64,000 nt of DNA from Octopus sinensis (GCF_006345805.1 NC_043015.1:30070001-30134000), one strand, 5' to 3'. Numbered from the stretch's first letter, positions 25,066 through 39,713 are shown. The notes: generated by a model not told the origin, from the sequence alone. Numbers and translations: made by a program.

Positions 25066-26569
25066 GTGTATATTACTAGTGCCTAGGGGGAAGACCAGGC
25101 CAGCCAAATTATATTTACACTACAATAAATGTTATGACTCGTAGCCAAACCCGGCTGATTTTATAAAAGGCAATGGTTACAGTTGTTTGAATTTCACCAT
25201 CTTTTACTTATTACTATTATTTTCTGTCGAGATTTTCGTTGACCTGTTTATCGATATTGTAAAACGAAATTCCCAATAATTCGACGAGGTTCGTTTCCAG
25301 CGAAAACAAAGGAAACCCGAATGGTAATGAGGAATGTTGTGATATTCATGATGCTATTAAATAAAGGCCAAAGGCCTGGAACGGTTCGTTATGCGAAGCG
25401 AACATGGCTTTGATCGAGGCCTCTATGTTCTTTAGCTTTGCTCTGAGAGCCTTATAAAACGATCGCCACAATAATTGCTAATCACAGAACTTAAAATTTC
25501 CATTCTCGACTCCTTCCTTCGCCACCACAAATGAAATCAAGTCGCCTGCCTGTACATGGCCACTAAATCTGCAAGAAACAGCAGTCGAATTTCACTCACC
25601 TCACACCGAACCATCTTTAAAAAAAAAATCGGTTTTTAAAACATACACTGGATAATGGTAGTACCAGATCCACGGTGCCAAAACAAACTAAAGAGACGAA
25701 GTAAATTATGGTTAGAACGGTTCTAATGATAAATCTGCTTCCATCAGTCCCGACATGGGTCTTTAACAGTCAAGTCAAACGGTTTCACCTAACATGGAAC
25801 CCCCAGGTCTAAGTATTTTTCGCCAAATATCTAATCTCCAACTTGGGATTATTCTACAAAAAACAAATAAAAGTGGCCGTGTCTCTAAAGAACAATTTCA
25901 ACGACTGAAATGAATTATTTAGCCTACTTAGACATTATTTCTTGGCTGAAGCGCCGTTTGCCTGCCATTTATAATTAGTACGGACATCGTTCGCAATAGA
26001 ATGATTTTTATTTAATTATTCAAAAGTCTCTATTCTAAAATGGAAATATACTTCTCAAATTAGCTCCTTTGACCGTCTTCTTAAACGAACCAGATACATT
26101 TAGAAATAAATTCTTTTCTCCTTCACCATTTGAAAATACGCTTTCTCCTTAACATCTTTTATGTAAAGTAAACCACAGCAATTAAATTAAGTGGATTTTT
26201 CGACCCCTCCCACAAAATATCTGACAACCAGGGAGTCAGACACAAGGGAAAGGATAATAATTATTCGGATAAAATAATCGAGATGCAAATACTCCGAGTA
26301 GCGACGGGGGTAATCAACACCGAATATATAATATATAGACACACACACATATACTTATACATCTTCCACCGATGCAAATGTATGATCCAAGATCGAAATA
26401 TTCGGCGAAGATATGCGACTTAGAGATGTGCATTACATATAATGTGCACGCATGCATGCATATATATATATATATACATATATAAATATATATTTATATA
26501 TAGCGATCGTTGCAGATGCACTTACTGGTTTTAGTCCTACTACACTATTTTAAATCAGTTGCCAAGTGC

Positions 26570-26624
<55 letters not shown>

Positions 26625-27399
26625 TATATATATATATATATGCACATATCCAACTGAAAATTTCCCCGTTTTGGGAAATTTGTTTTGAAGTGAAAAAAAA
26701 GAGACAGAGAGAGGGTGTGTGCATTAAGGTAGGAACATAAATATATCAATCTATATATATATACAAACATGAGTAAAAACGGCAATATGGAACAACAAGA
26801 AAAAGGGGGAATCGGATGGATGATGATGGGTGGGGACATGTAAACGAAAGCAGGGAAGGGGGATTAAAAAAAAACAAAAGGGGAGATGGATTGTTGGAAT
26901 AGCATAGCATGGTGGGGGAGAGATATTTTTGAAAGAAAAAAAAAAAAAAAAAAGAAGGCTAAATAAAAGCCACATACTCAACTATTATGTGCCAACATTG
27001 AATGGAATGTCTAAGGTGAAGGTGAAGAAATTTGTAATAACCATTACTAAAGAAGGAATGTCACCAGATGGCTGCCAGAAACGAGGCTTCGGTACGCCGA
27101 TGGCTGAGAGAGAAAAACAAGAGAGATTTTGGCCAGCCACAGCGAAATTAAATTGTCTTTGCTTGTCTCTTTTCACAGGGATGGATGTCGGTTTCTTTTT
27201 CCCCTTATATATTTTTTGTTCTGTTCTGTTTTTCCTTCTTAAATTAAGGCGAATTGTATGTAATAAATATATATAAATAGAGGTGTGTGTGTGTGTGTGT
27301 AATGTTTAGATATAAATATATAGATTATCTGTGAGAAAAAAAAGAGAGATAAGGAGAGAAAGACGGAGCAGAGAGAGAGGGTGAGGCAGCAGTGGTGTC

Positions 27400-27545
27400 C
27401 ATGAGTTTTAGGAAACCGCCATGCCGTTAATAACAACAAGAATAACGATAAACAGGATACGAAGAGTTTTCTGGCCGGGCTGAAGAGCAGCGAGGCACGC
27501 CATTGGCTGAAATATTCCCAATGAGGCCCCCCCCTGCGCCTAGAC
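27400..27545 (-). promoter_or_regulatory. Candidate AMBRA1 promoter/5' region
   Basis: Locally GC/CpG-rich non-repeat island with opposed CCAAT boxes (27502-06, 27518-22) and a CGCCAT core near 27416. An acceptor-like site at 27104-05 suggests a UTR exon. The TSS is not demonstrable. Confidence 0.3.
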
Positions 27546-28005
27546 CTACATAGGTGTATAACATTCATTTTATTTATATATATATACAATGATCTTGTCT
27601 ATTAGTGCAAAATACAATTACATTTATCCGCCTAAATATATACAAACATATATATATTTATATTTATATGTATGTGGGTGGGTGCATATTTTCTATTTGT
27701 AGATACATACTGCACAAACACGCACACATACATATATACTCACACAGAGACACAATCACATACGTGTATGTATGTGTGTGTGCGTGCTTTTGCCTGAGTG
27801 TAGTGTGTGTGTGTGTGTTTTTTTTTATATATATTTCACTTGTTGGTAAACTAGACATAGGAAACGCCGAGGGCGTTACTCGCCAAGCTGTTGATCGACC
27901 CCCCCCCCGCTAGAAATAGCAGCCAAAATCTATCTCATATACACACCTGTAAATCTTAAATAGAAGGGTACATTGACCAATGTAGTCCTTGACATACATG
28001 TAATG

Positions 28006-28306
28006 GGTACTTACTAGCGAACGGTGGTCCCGGTGCGCGCATCCGCGCTAGCTAGTCGTACGTAGTCGATCCTAGAACGACTACCTAGCGAAGTAGATAA
28101 AACACAAAATAAATAATTTTATTACACAAATTTAAATAATTTTTGTTAAACAAAGTAAATAAAACACGAAAACAGGAAGTAAATAATTTTTTAAACAAAG
28201 TAAATAACACAAAAACGCAAAGTAAGGATCGACTAGTCATGACTAGCTGGTGCGGATGCGCGACTGCGCGGTGCTCGCATTGGGACCACTGTTCTCAAGT
28301 AGTACC
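28006..28306. mobile_element. Mutator-type MITE, copy 1
   Basis: TIR GGTACT...GTGGTCCC; 9-bp TSD CATGTAATG (27997-28005, 28307-15). Confidence 0.85.
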
Positions 28307-28675
28307 CATGTAATGGTCACAGCAAAGACGTGTTTGATCACAGAGCTACATGATCACAAATTTCGACTAACCACTGGCTGGCATGTTGATCTTCTCGACG
28401 TGTCCTGAAAAGATCTTTATCACGGGAAATAATGAACTAAAACACTTCGTTCGCAATTTGAATCATCGATCGAATTATACGTGTGGAGACAGATAATGTG
28501 TATAAATACAGGCAAATAGTCATTAGTGGATCTCAGTCGCTTGACGTTAGGAGTTTAACCTGTTTTTGAATTAACGCGTTAAGTGACTGAACCTTTTACA
28601 TACACACACACTCGTGTACTGTTAACGAATTTTCGGGCAGAATCAACGTGATACAATATCTTTGCGACAAGAAAG

Positions 28676-29194
28676 GCGTTGAGCTGGCAGAAACGTTAGC
28701 TCGCCGGGCGAAATACGCAGCCGTTACGTTCTGAGTTCAAATTACGCCGAGGTCGTCTTTGCCTTTCATCCTTTCAGGGGTCGATAAATTAAGTACCAGT
28801 TACTCACTGGGGTCGATGTAATTGACTTAATACCTATGTCTGTCCTTGTTTGTTCTCTCTGTGTGTAATAAAGAAATAGGTATTTCTTAATACCTATGTC
28901 TGTCCTTGTTTGTTCTCTCTGTGTGTAATAAAGAAATAGGTATTTCTTAATACCTATGTCTGTCCTTGTTTGTTCTCTCTGTGTTTAGCCCCTTGTGGGT
29001 AGTAAAGAAATAGGTATTTCGTCTGCCGTTACGTTCTGAGTTCAAATTCCGCCGAGGTCGACTTTGCTTTTCATCCTTTCGGGGTCGATAAATCAAATAC
29101 CAGTTACGCACTGGGATCGATGCAATCGACTTAATCCGTGTGTCTGTCCTTGTTTGTCCCCTCTGTGTTTAGCCCCTTGTGGGTTGTAAAGAAA
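28676..29194 (+). mobile_element. SINE family B dimer with an internal 60-bp tandem repeat (about 2.6 copies, 28826-28984)
   Basis: Exact 60-nt periodicity is visible across three lines. Confidence 0.9.
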
Positions 29195-31785
29195 CAACTA
29201 TCTTTGGGACAAGGCTGTATCATTTGAATTCCGGGTAGCATCCTTCTGATAACCTCCTATAACAGCTTCTACCGAATTTTCATCGCAAAGTAGAAAGAAA
29301 TTGACTCGAACCTCTTGAAAGTTACGTTCGCTCAAGTTTCTATGCAAACTCTGTTGTTGCAAAACGAACTACTAACCATTCGGCCATCTGCACTCATACA
29401 TATATACGTGAATGTGAGTGTGTGTCTTTATGCATACATTTGCAAGTGCAGTATGGACGACCGTTTAAGAAGTTTGCTTCACAAAAGCGAACTTGGTTAA
29501 CTGTCTCAATCAGATGAATTCAAAGAGAATTAACATCCAAGGCAATTCCTCTCAAGTATGACAAATTGATCCAAATATCGCTTAGAAGACTTTCAAGAAA
29601 TCCGGAGTATTTGACAACGTGAACAAGAATGGGAAAAAATCACATCTTCAATTGATTAAAGATGTGATTATTGGTTAAGTTCACTTCACAACCATAAAGA
29701 TCTACTGGTCCATCTCATTGCGTGGCATCTTGGGCAAGGGTCTTTACCATAGTATCGGATCGACTTTCAAGCCTTATGAGTGACATTGGGTAGATGGTGA
29801 TTGTATAAAAACCTGTCAGATATACTAGAGCTCGTTCAGCCCTCTCGCTCTCCAGCTGTCACATCCTCAATGTTCCGCTGGGTCGCCAAGGTGATGGGGT
29901 GTCGAAGGAGGTTCTGTGTCTGTTCGAGACTACAAAGGTACTTAAAACAGTTAGTAAAACCGTGGTACATCTTATCAAGCCATACTCGTTCGATTGTGAC
30001 AGCTGGCTCTGCTTTTCGGGCCAAAATTTGAAATCAATTGTCTGGCAGGATGGTAATCGTTAGCACACCAGGCAAAATGCTTAGCGGCATTTCGTCCGTC
30101 TTTACGTTCTGAGTTCAAATTCCGCCCGAGGAATTTGCTTTTCATCAAATTTTGGGGTCGATAAAAGAAGTACCAGTTGAGCACTGGTATTGATATAATC
30201 GACTTACTCTCTACACCGGAATTGCTAGTCGTCTGCCGAAATTTAAAACCAGTATTCCTGGCAAGAAATAAGTTTGCACATTAACACTGCCCATCTCGTT
30301 TTGTTTTTCTTTCTAAATATCTGAGGTGAGGCTTGTGCAAAAAAATTAACGTATTTGCATCACACATCCTTTTTATATAATAATATTTGTACATCTCAAC
30401 ATGAATTGCTAATGCTGGCGAATAAAATGTCAGAACCATAGATTGGCGGAATCGTTAGCACACCAGACATAGTATCTTCCAATATTTCTTCCGACTTTTT
30501 CTGAGTTAAAATCCGACTAAGGTCAACTCTGCCTTTCGTCCTTTCGGGTTCTCTTAAGTACCAGTCAAGTAATAGAGTTGACGGAATCGACTAACCCCAA
30601 CCCACTCAGAACTGCTGGCTTGCCCCTCATAAATAATTAAGGGCGATGTTGGCAGATTCGTTAGAGCATCGAAAACAATAATTTGCATTATTTGACCGAA
30701 ATATTTAAGCTTAGAGTTTGAATTCTACCGGAGTCAACGTTATCATTCATCCCTCTGGAGTCGATAAAATAAAGTACTAGCCAAGTATTGAGACCAATGT
30801 CATCGACAACCCTCTCCCTTCAGAAATTGATGGCCTTGTCCCTAAATTAGAAACAAGTGTTAGTTTACATTTAAGGACAATAATAAACAGCAGAGTATGT
30901 AACAAAATGGATAACAACATACATTAAATTAATAATAATTCTCAAAAGAAGCTCTACGAATATTTCTAGGTCTGTTTAGATACAAATACTTTACATTAAT
31001 GGTTGTTTCGTATATTAGAAAGTTCTGCGGGAACCACGGCGTAAATGAACTTAGCAGATATGATAGGAATGATAAACCATATATCTAGCACACATTTATC
31101 AGATCTACTAAATCGCAATTGAAAGCATATAATTATTCTAATTAAATATATTTGTCTCGAGTTTCAAGTACATACATTGTAAAACACTTGCAGCGAGCTA
31201 CCGTTTCTAAAGACGAAACTTAAAAGTTATGATGAAATATAATATAATGCTAATCTACATTCTCTGAGCATCAAAGTTCCACCGTCAAATATTGCCAAGT
31301 GCTTTCCCGTAACTTTGATTCCAAATAGATTGCGACGTTTGATTAATGCTAATCTGCCACTCAGAAAAGAAAATGAATTTTTGTCTTTTGTTTTACCTTT
31401 AAAACTACGTTTCGATTTCATTCACCTTGTAAAATTTGTCTTTACAGAAATATGCTTTTTTGCGATCTAAAACTGAATGACCCAACATTACTTAACTCAA
31501 CACAGGAGACTGAATGTGGTCAACTCCAACTGATCGAAATATAAATCAAATCTCTCCAATTGCGGGTTATCGTTTGAAATGTGGAAAGAAGACGTTAAGT
31601 AATGTAGTGGCCCTAGACATATCAACCCCAGCCTGCACCTCGTGCACGCGCGTGTAAAATATGACTCTGGGGCCACTGTTCGGATGCCTTTAATCATAGG
31701 CATATTAAAACAAGACCCGGGGCTATAGTAGAAGACACTTGCCTATCTATCTATCTATCTATCTATCCATCTATCCATCTATCCA

Positions 31786-31852
<67 letters not shown>

Positions 31853-32460
31853 GTTTCTCTTATCTCATATATTTGTGTACAGCTAGCCCCAGCTTAGCTC
31901 TTATCGAGTAGACCTATGATCAAAGGTATTCCAGCCTTGACCATCCCATCTTTCTCCCATGTGCAAGGAGCCCGGTTTCGCATTATCCAACCAATCTTTT
32001 TCTAAGACGGACAGGCAGGATGTGAGAGTTGAAGAGACGTGACTGCCATTTTTAGCAAGCCTAACGACCCACGTAAAAGTCCCTTCGTCGGTAATGTTTG
32101 TAAACAGGTTGTGGGTGTCGGCCGAGAATACAATCTAAATACAATGTAAAGCTACGAAATGGGAACGGGCGTCTGTGTTAATTGCAATCTCAACATATTT
32201 TGAGATCAACTAAGGTCAAAACAAAATCTCGAATATTCATAATTGTATGTTTAAACAATGGGTCGCTGGCTGAATGAGTAAGAAGTTTGCTTTCCAATCA
32301 CGAGGTCCCGGATTCGATTCCTCTACAAAGCATTTAAGGCCAAAAACGTCATTTTCTACAATCTCGACTCGTCCTATACTTTGTAAAATAAACTGTATTG
32401 ACGGAAACTGTATAGAATCCTTTCGGAGGGATTGCATCCGTAATTAAAAGGCACAGCTTT

Positions 32461-32875
32461 GGGATCTTTTCGGTTTGAACGGCAGTTTTTTCTAGCGGTG
32501 TCATGAAATTGTCACCCATAATTATGACCCTAGTATCGATCTATTGCATTTCAATCTGCTTTAGGGTTAGGGTTAAGGGTGGGGGGAAGGGTATCTTTTT
32601 TTCTTCACAAATGTAAATAAACCCAATCTGTTTCTTAAACGAGGGACATAATCATACGACACAATGTTTTCACCTCAATAGACGTCATTGATTGGTTGAA
32701 ATTGCAGAAATTAAAGAAAAGAAACAACAAATATCTTACAAACTATAGAATTTTCTCAATAAAGCCAAGAGAAAAAGATGTTTTATAAACACATTCTACC
32801 AGTATACGAAGTTTAAAAGTGTTTAGTTACGTGGAAATTACTTTAAAAAACTGCCGTTCAAACGGAAAAGATCCC
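32461..32875. mobile_element. 415-bp element with 31-bp terminal inverted repeats and internal TTAGGG units
   Basis: GGGATCTTTTC(G/C)GTTTGAACGGCAGTTTTTT at both ends (1 mismatch); no TSD visible. Confidence 0.75.
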
Positions 32876-33492
32876 ACGTCTCTCTGCAATGCTCGGTTTA
32901 CTTAAACGCTAATTCAGTGAAGTGAACTGGTCATCGAACAACGAATTCACATCGTTGAAAGTGACAGTGAACCAACCCTCCTTCCATATAATACACACGC
33001 ATACAACAGTGCCACACACACACACACACACACACACTTGGTGCACAAACACTCATTTTGTGTACAAGCACACACACGCATGCAAGAACATAAGCACACA
33101 CATACGCTACTCGCACACATAAGCTGCTACACACACGTTTGCACACACGTATTGACACAGCGTCACACATTTCACACATACATACGTCCACACACATAAA
33201 TACGGAGAACACACGCACGCACTTGTTTACTCAGACACATACACACACACGCTCTCATACGTACACACACGTATACACATTCACATAATCTTTACGCTTG
33301 CCCACACATACATGTATACGCGCTTGCCCATAGACACATATACACTCATATATCATCCTCATATTTACACACGAGCTGGTGCACACACTTTAGCCAGGTT
33401 TCTATTATCTCTTCGTCCATTTAACCTCTTCTTTCCAGTCAAATCGACACGTGAAACCCTTAATGTTTCTCTCCGTTTTATTTGCCCTGTTT

Positions 33493-33528
33493 CTTTTGGT
33501 CGAAGAGCGTAGGCTTGAAACGTCGAAG
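33493..33528 (+). ncRNA. Hammerhead-like motif family 1, degenerate copy
   Basis: CUUU-UGGUCGAA-GAGC(GUAG)GCUU-GAA-ACGU-C-GAAG. Core positions 3-4 are altered. Confidence 0.4.
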
Positions 33529-33713
33529 ACTTTCCCGTTTTCTTGAGCGTCAAATGCACCTTGTTTGTTGTTCTCTCACCTGCCTTCGGTTTTTTTTTGT
33601 TTTGTTTTTTGTACATTCGAACCATATTTATACTATAGCCTCAGGTCGACCAAAGCCTTGTGAGTGGATTTGTTAGACGGAAGCTGAAAGAAGCCAGTTG
33701 TATATATATATAA

Positions 33714-33749
<36 letters not shown>

Positions 33750-33870
33750 TGTATGTATGTATGTATGTATATACATATATATATGTGTGTGTATATATAT
33801 ATATATATAAAGATTAACCGCTAACTCCACAAGTTTTTAGAATTCTCACTCTGTTTATTTCCTCGTGTTC

Positions 33871-33906
33871 CTTTCTGTTGAAGAACATAGGCTCGAAACG
33901 TAAAAG
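33871..33906 (+). ncRNA. Hammerhead-like motif family 1
   Basis: CUUU-CUGUUGAA-GAAC(AUAG)GCUC-GAA-ACGU-A-AAAG. One stem II mismatch. Confidence 0.5.
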
Positions 33907-34339
33907 ACTTTCTCACCTTCCCAAGCGTCAAACTAATACACCTGTCTTCATCTTTTGTTTTTCTGTAAATTTCAACGATGTGTGTGTGTGTGTGTGAGTA
34001 GTGGTTGCGTTCTCGTATCCGAGCAAAGCCTCAGCTAGAAAGGATCATGGAAATGAGTCACTGATAATGCAATGCGTGGTCCTTATATGACTCTTGAATC
34101 CCCACCAAAGATTTGCACATTTTATTGCATAAGGGGTCGATTTCTGTGGCTTCTTTGATGGGTGACCAGGCCTGCCTGACTTCAGCATTTTCTCCTCCAA
34201 ATCACACGTGTAAAAATCAATACTCCTTCGTTTTCCACTGGTTCATTCCTTCTAAGCTTTTTCCTTTCGACTAAAAATTCTTCAAGGCGGTAATGCCCAG
34301 CATGGCTGCAGTCTAATGACTGAAACAAAATAAAGATAA

Positions 34340-34386
34340 AAGACATACATACACACATACATACATATATACATACATACATATAT

Positions 34387-34417
<31 letters not shown>

Positions 34418-34437
34418 CATATATATACATACATACA

Positions 34438-34471
<34 letters not shown>

Positions 34472-34548
34472 CATACATATATATACATACATACATACAT
34501 ACATGCATACAGTCATACATGCATGCATACATAGATAGATAGATACAT

Positions 34549-34579
<31 letters not shown>

Positions 34580-34596
34580 TACATACATATATACAT

Positions 34597-34627
<31 letters not shown>

Positions 34628-34661
34628 TACATACATACATACATACACACACACACATACA

Positions 34662-34695
<34 letters not shown>

Positions 34696-34820
34696 CACAC
34701 ACACATACATACATACATATATACATACATACATACATACATACATACACACACACATACATACATACACACACACACACATACATACATACATACATAC
34801 ATACATACATACATACAAAC
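34340..34820. repeat. (CATA)n/(CA)n microsatellite
   Basis: Direct inspection. Confidence 0.95.
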
Positions 34821-34986
34821 ACACGTGTATGTATCTTACATATGCAATAGTCAGATAGATAGATAAATAGATAGATATATTTCTTTACTACCCACAAGGG
34901 GCTAGAGAGGACAAACAAGGACAGACAAACGGATTAAGTCGATTATATCGACAACAGTGCGTAACTGGTACTTAATTTATCGATAA

Positions 34987-35031
<45 letters not shown>

Positions 35032-35125
35032 TATATATATAGATAGATAGATAGATGTAGATACGTGTATCAAACAGTATACCAGTTAGTATAGCGCGAA
35101 AAAAAAAGCTCTCATAGACTGAAAA

Positions 35126-35379
35126 GGTACTATTTAAGAAGAGTGGTCCCGGTGCGCGCACTCGCGCATCAGCGCTAGCTAGTCGTGACTAGTCGATCCT
35201 ACAACGATTAACCTAGCAAAGTAAATAAAAAAATAATTTTTTTACACAAAGTAAATAATTTTTTAAAAACAAAGTAAATAAAACACAAAAACACAAAGGA
35301 TCGACTAGTCACGACTAGCTAGCGCGGATGCGCGAGTACGCGAGTGCGCTCACTGGGACCACTCTCCTTAAATAGTACC
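35126..35379. mobile_element. Mutator-type MITE, copy 2
   Basis: TIR GGTACTATTTAAG(A/G)AGAGTGGTCCC; 9-bp TSD GACTGAAAA (35117-25, 35380-88). Confidence 0.88.
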
Positions 35380-35569
35380 GACTGAAAATTATGAAAAAAT
35401 AACAAAACAAAACAAGAGACAATAAGGGGGACGGCTGCTATTCAATACGCACCAAGTTATAAAGCTAAAAGCTGCTTGGTCTCGCCAGGGCAACACACAT
35501 ATGCAGACAATAGATACACATTCACTTGCATACACACACACAAACCATATAAATATGTGTGTGTGTGTG

Positions 35570-36190
<621 letters not shown>

Positions 36191-37503
36191 ACGCCCTCAC
36201 AGACACACGCGTTCACCCTCTTTCACACACATATATATAGAGAGGGGGGAAAGAGCGACGGGTGCCGAAACACAATAGACACATTGTCTTTTACACATTC
36301 TCTCTCTCTCCCTTTCACACACACATTCTCTCTCTCACACACACATTGACACGTACCCTTTTACACGAACACACCGATAACGCACACACATATACTATTA
36401 CTTACACGCGCTCACGCACACGTACTACTCACACGCATTCACACGGTTCCTGCTGACACAGAATCAAAGACACGCGTTCACACACACAAGGCCGACGCTC
36501 TGCTATACATAGCACTCTCTCTCTCCCTCTCTCCCTCTCTTTCTCTACCATTTTCTCTCCTCCCTCTCTTTCCCTTCTCTGTCATTCTCTCTCTTACACA
36601 CACACACACAAAACCGAACTTAAAAATAGATATTGATTTTCTTCAAGAAACATGGTTCATATCGATTTCTGAATATCTTAGAATACGGATGATGGCGATG
36701 CTAGTGATGGTGATGATGATGGTGGTGGTGGTGGTAGAAGTGGTGATCGTGTGATGGCGGTGATGTCGACTTTTTGGGGTCTTTTTTTAGTCAGCAATTA
36801 TCGATCAGACCTGACGACCCCGTTTTTTTCTTCTTTTTCCAAACGTAATAATTATATCTAGATAGTAAGTAAGGTGAGATATAAGGAAGATTCGGCTGTT
36901 ATTTCTCGCAGGCCAAAAGACCATTTCGTGGCGTCCTTGCTGACTTGTAGTGAAGTCGTTGTTTAGCCCTAGGACAACCTGGATTGAGGAGCATTCCGAC
37001 CATAATCATTGCATCTTTCATTCCGACACAGTGTATCCAGGAATACCTTATCCAATATATCTTTGATTTTCAAGAGAGTTAAGGTGCAATTTGCGCGAGA
37101 TTTGGCTGCTGTTTCTAGCAAAGGGAGCAGACATGTTACTAGTTGCTACTATTTAGCCCCAGGCCGACCTTCATCAAGCAGAACTACGATGAAAGATTTT
37201 CCGGCTGATTATATATTTTGACTCACCTTTTCGTTATTTTTTTTAAGGTGATTTGGGTAAAACTTGGTGGAATCTGGCTGCTATTTCTAGCAGATCGAGC
37301 TACCATGTAGAGGTCCCCTTGTTGTTTGTCGTGGTGGTGATGGTGGTGAGAGTGGTTGTGTTGGTCTTGGTTGTGATGGTATAATAAGCGGTGGTCGTGA
37401 ACTTGGTGACGATTGTGATTATGATTAGGTCAGGAAAATACTGCTACTGGTACCACGTAACCCATTACTACCTGTTTTTTCATGGTCGGGTGGTCAGCGG
37501 CTC

Positions 37504-38097
37504 GGAAAGACTTCATCCCGTCCCCCTCCCATTTTCTCCCAAATTTGTTTATTCTTATAATTTTTTTTGCCAAAAATCCCTGTTTTTGGATACGGAGGTT
37601 CCAGAAAATTGCCAAAAATCGGCATTGTAACCCTCTCCCCCACTTTTCCCCCAACTTCTTCAATTTTGACTTTTTTCCCCAACACTAGCCCTAAAACCCT
37701 AATCCTAACCCTAAAACACTAACCCTAACCCTAAAACCTTAACCCTAACCCTAAAACCCTAACCCTAACCCTAACTGTAACCTTAAGTACAGAAATATTT
37801 TGAAATCTTTGTCTGAATCATGATGTCCGTATTTTTCTGCATATTTACAAAAAAAAAATTCTTAAAAAGAAATTTTACAAAGATTTTTGGAAATTTTTCC
37901 ACATATTTTGAAAAAAAAAATTGTGAAAAAAGTTTAAAATGAAGGAAATAGAGGTGGGGTGGTAATTTAGAAATGTCGATTTTTGCCAATTTTTTTGCAG
38001 ATTTGTATTCCCCATAGCAGAAAAGGGGTGGGGGTTTTGTCGAAAAAAAACATTTTAAAAAGGGTGGTTTGGTGGGGCAATGGGCGGAAGTCTTGCC
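37504..38097. mobile_element. Inverted-repeat-bounded element containing a degenerate telomere-like array
   Basis: Imperfect 16-bp IR GG(A/C)AAGACTTC..CCC at 37504 and 38082-97; (CCCTAA/CCCTAAAA)n at about 37688-37785. Confidence 0.5.
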
Positions 38098-38716
38098 ATG
38101 GCTCCCCTACCTTGTCAGGTGAGGAGGGTGTTGTGGACTCTGTACTGGACTAAAAACAAAACCTGTCAAACGACGGATGAGCTCATTGTGGCGTCTCGTG
38201 AAAACATGCACATGTTCTGGCAAACTGCACTTGCTGGTCCCAACACCATAGTCACGAAAACTCCCAATTTGTGCTCTTGAGTTGCAGCCGACATCCATGA
38301 GTGATATTATGGCACAGAGCGAGAAGTGGTTATTACGGTAGTAGCGATGGTGGTAGTAGCAGTGATGATAGTAGCAGTAGCAGTGATGCCGTGATGCTGG
38401 AAATTAGCCAACCACAAACACACACACACACACAGGTATCTGAGCTACACAGAAAAAAATGTACTTTAGTGGAACACGGTTTTATTGTTTTGTTAAGTCA
38501 TTATGCCAATATTATTAATACAGGCACTGGGTCACTTCCATTCCTTTATTATTGGCCAATTAGTTAAATGTCCAACCAACTAATCAATTGTTATTTTTGT
38601 TAAACTGTCAGTCATTTGTTTTGTTTTTGTTTGTCAAAACTCTCTTAATTGCTCCTTGCAACCTTTTCTATGACTTTTGACTTAGTCTGCAACAGAGGCT
38701 GCGTTTGTCTGCTTCA

Positions 38717-39134
38717 TACCTATTTCTTTACTACCCACAAGGGGCTAAACACAGAGAGGACAAACAAGGACAGAGAAACGGATTAAGTCGATTATATTGA
38801 CCCCAGTGCGTAACTGGTACTTAATTTATCAACTCCAAAAGGATGAAAGGCAAAGTTGACCTCGCCCGAATTTGAACTCAGAATGTAGCGACAGGCGAAA
38901 TGCCTATTTCTTTACTACCCACAAGGGGCTAAACACAGAGAGGACAAACAAGGACAGAGAAACGGATTAAGTCGATTATATTGACCCCAGTGCGTAACTG
39001 GTACTTAATTTATTGACCCCGAAAGGATAAAAGGCAAAGTCGACTTCGGCGGAATTTGAACTCAGAACGTAACGGCAGACAAAATACATCTACGCATTTC
39101 GCCCGGCGTGCTAACGTTTCTGCCAGCTCGCCAC
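38717..39134 (-). mobile_element. SINE family B, dimer
   Basis: Junction at about 38900; a second junction remnant at 38717. Confidence 0.9.
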
Positions 39135-39713
39135 CTTGCCTGCTTGATACCTTGTTACAAGTGTGTGTGTGTGTGTGCATGCCATTGTGCGTATGTATGT
39201 ACGTATGTATGTATTCTGCATATTCATGTGTCTGTGTGCGTGCGTGTGTATGCTTGTGTGTGTTTGCATGTGTACTTCTTCCTTGTGCGTGCATGCTTGA
39301 GTGTGTGTGTGCAGGTGCACCTGTTGAATATGCCTATATATGTCTGTGTGTGTACACAAACTCATATGCGTAGATACACTCAAGCACGCATGCACACACA
39401 TAAGGAAGCAAAAGTACACACACAAACACACACACACTCAGCATCCTAGGGCGAGTGAAGGATAAGAGATGTTACAGTATGAATGAAAGATCAGGGAGGG
39501 CAAGTAGCGAAATATCTTCAGGTGATACAACACATACATTTAAATTGATAAGAGTTTCTCTAAGGTTGTGGGCAGTACTTGTCACTATAGTCTTTTGGAT
39601 TCCTCTGAGACATGGTTCTCCTGGGATATTATCTAGATGTTTCTGACATCTCTTTTATTATTATTATTATTATTATTATTATATTATTATTATTATTATT
39701 ATTATTATTATCA

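Larger units (their letters stand above)
33400..33978 (+). mobile_element. Two same-orientation copies of the hammerhead-bearing repeat, separated by a SINE fragment and (TATG)n
   Basis: Copies at about 33400-33625 and 33815-33978. Confidence 0.55.

Noticed and set aside
31607-31677. Small GC-rich inverted repeat (GTGGCCC...GGGCCAC)
   Set aside because: Arms are short and imperfect with no second copy in the window.
37688-37785. True telomere or chromosome end
   Set aside because: Short, degenerate and internal, with ordinary sequence on both sides.
38150-38310. Possible non-LTR C-terminal zinc-knuckle remnant (HCGVS..HAHVLANC)
   Set aside because: Multiple stops and only a few matching residues; needs a profile search.
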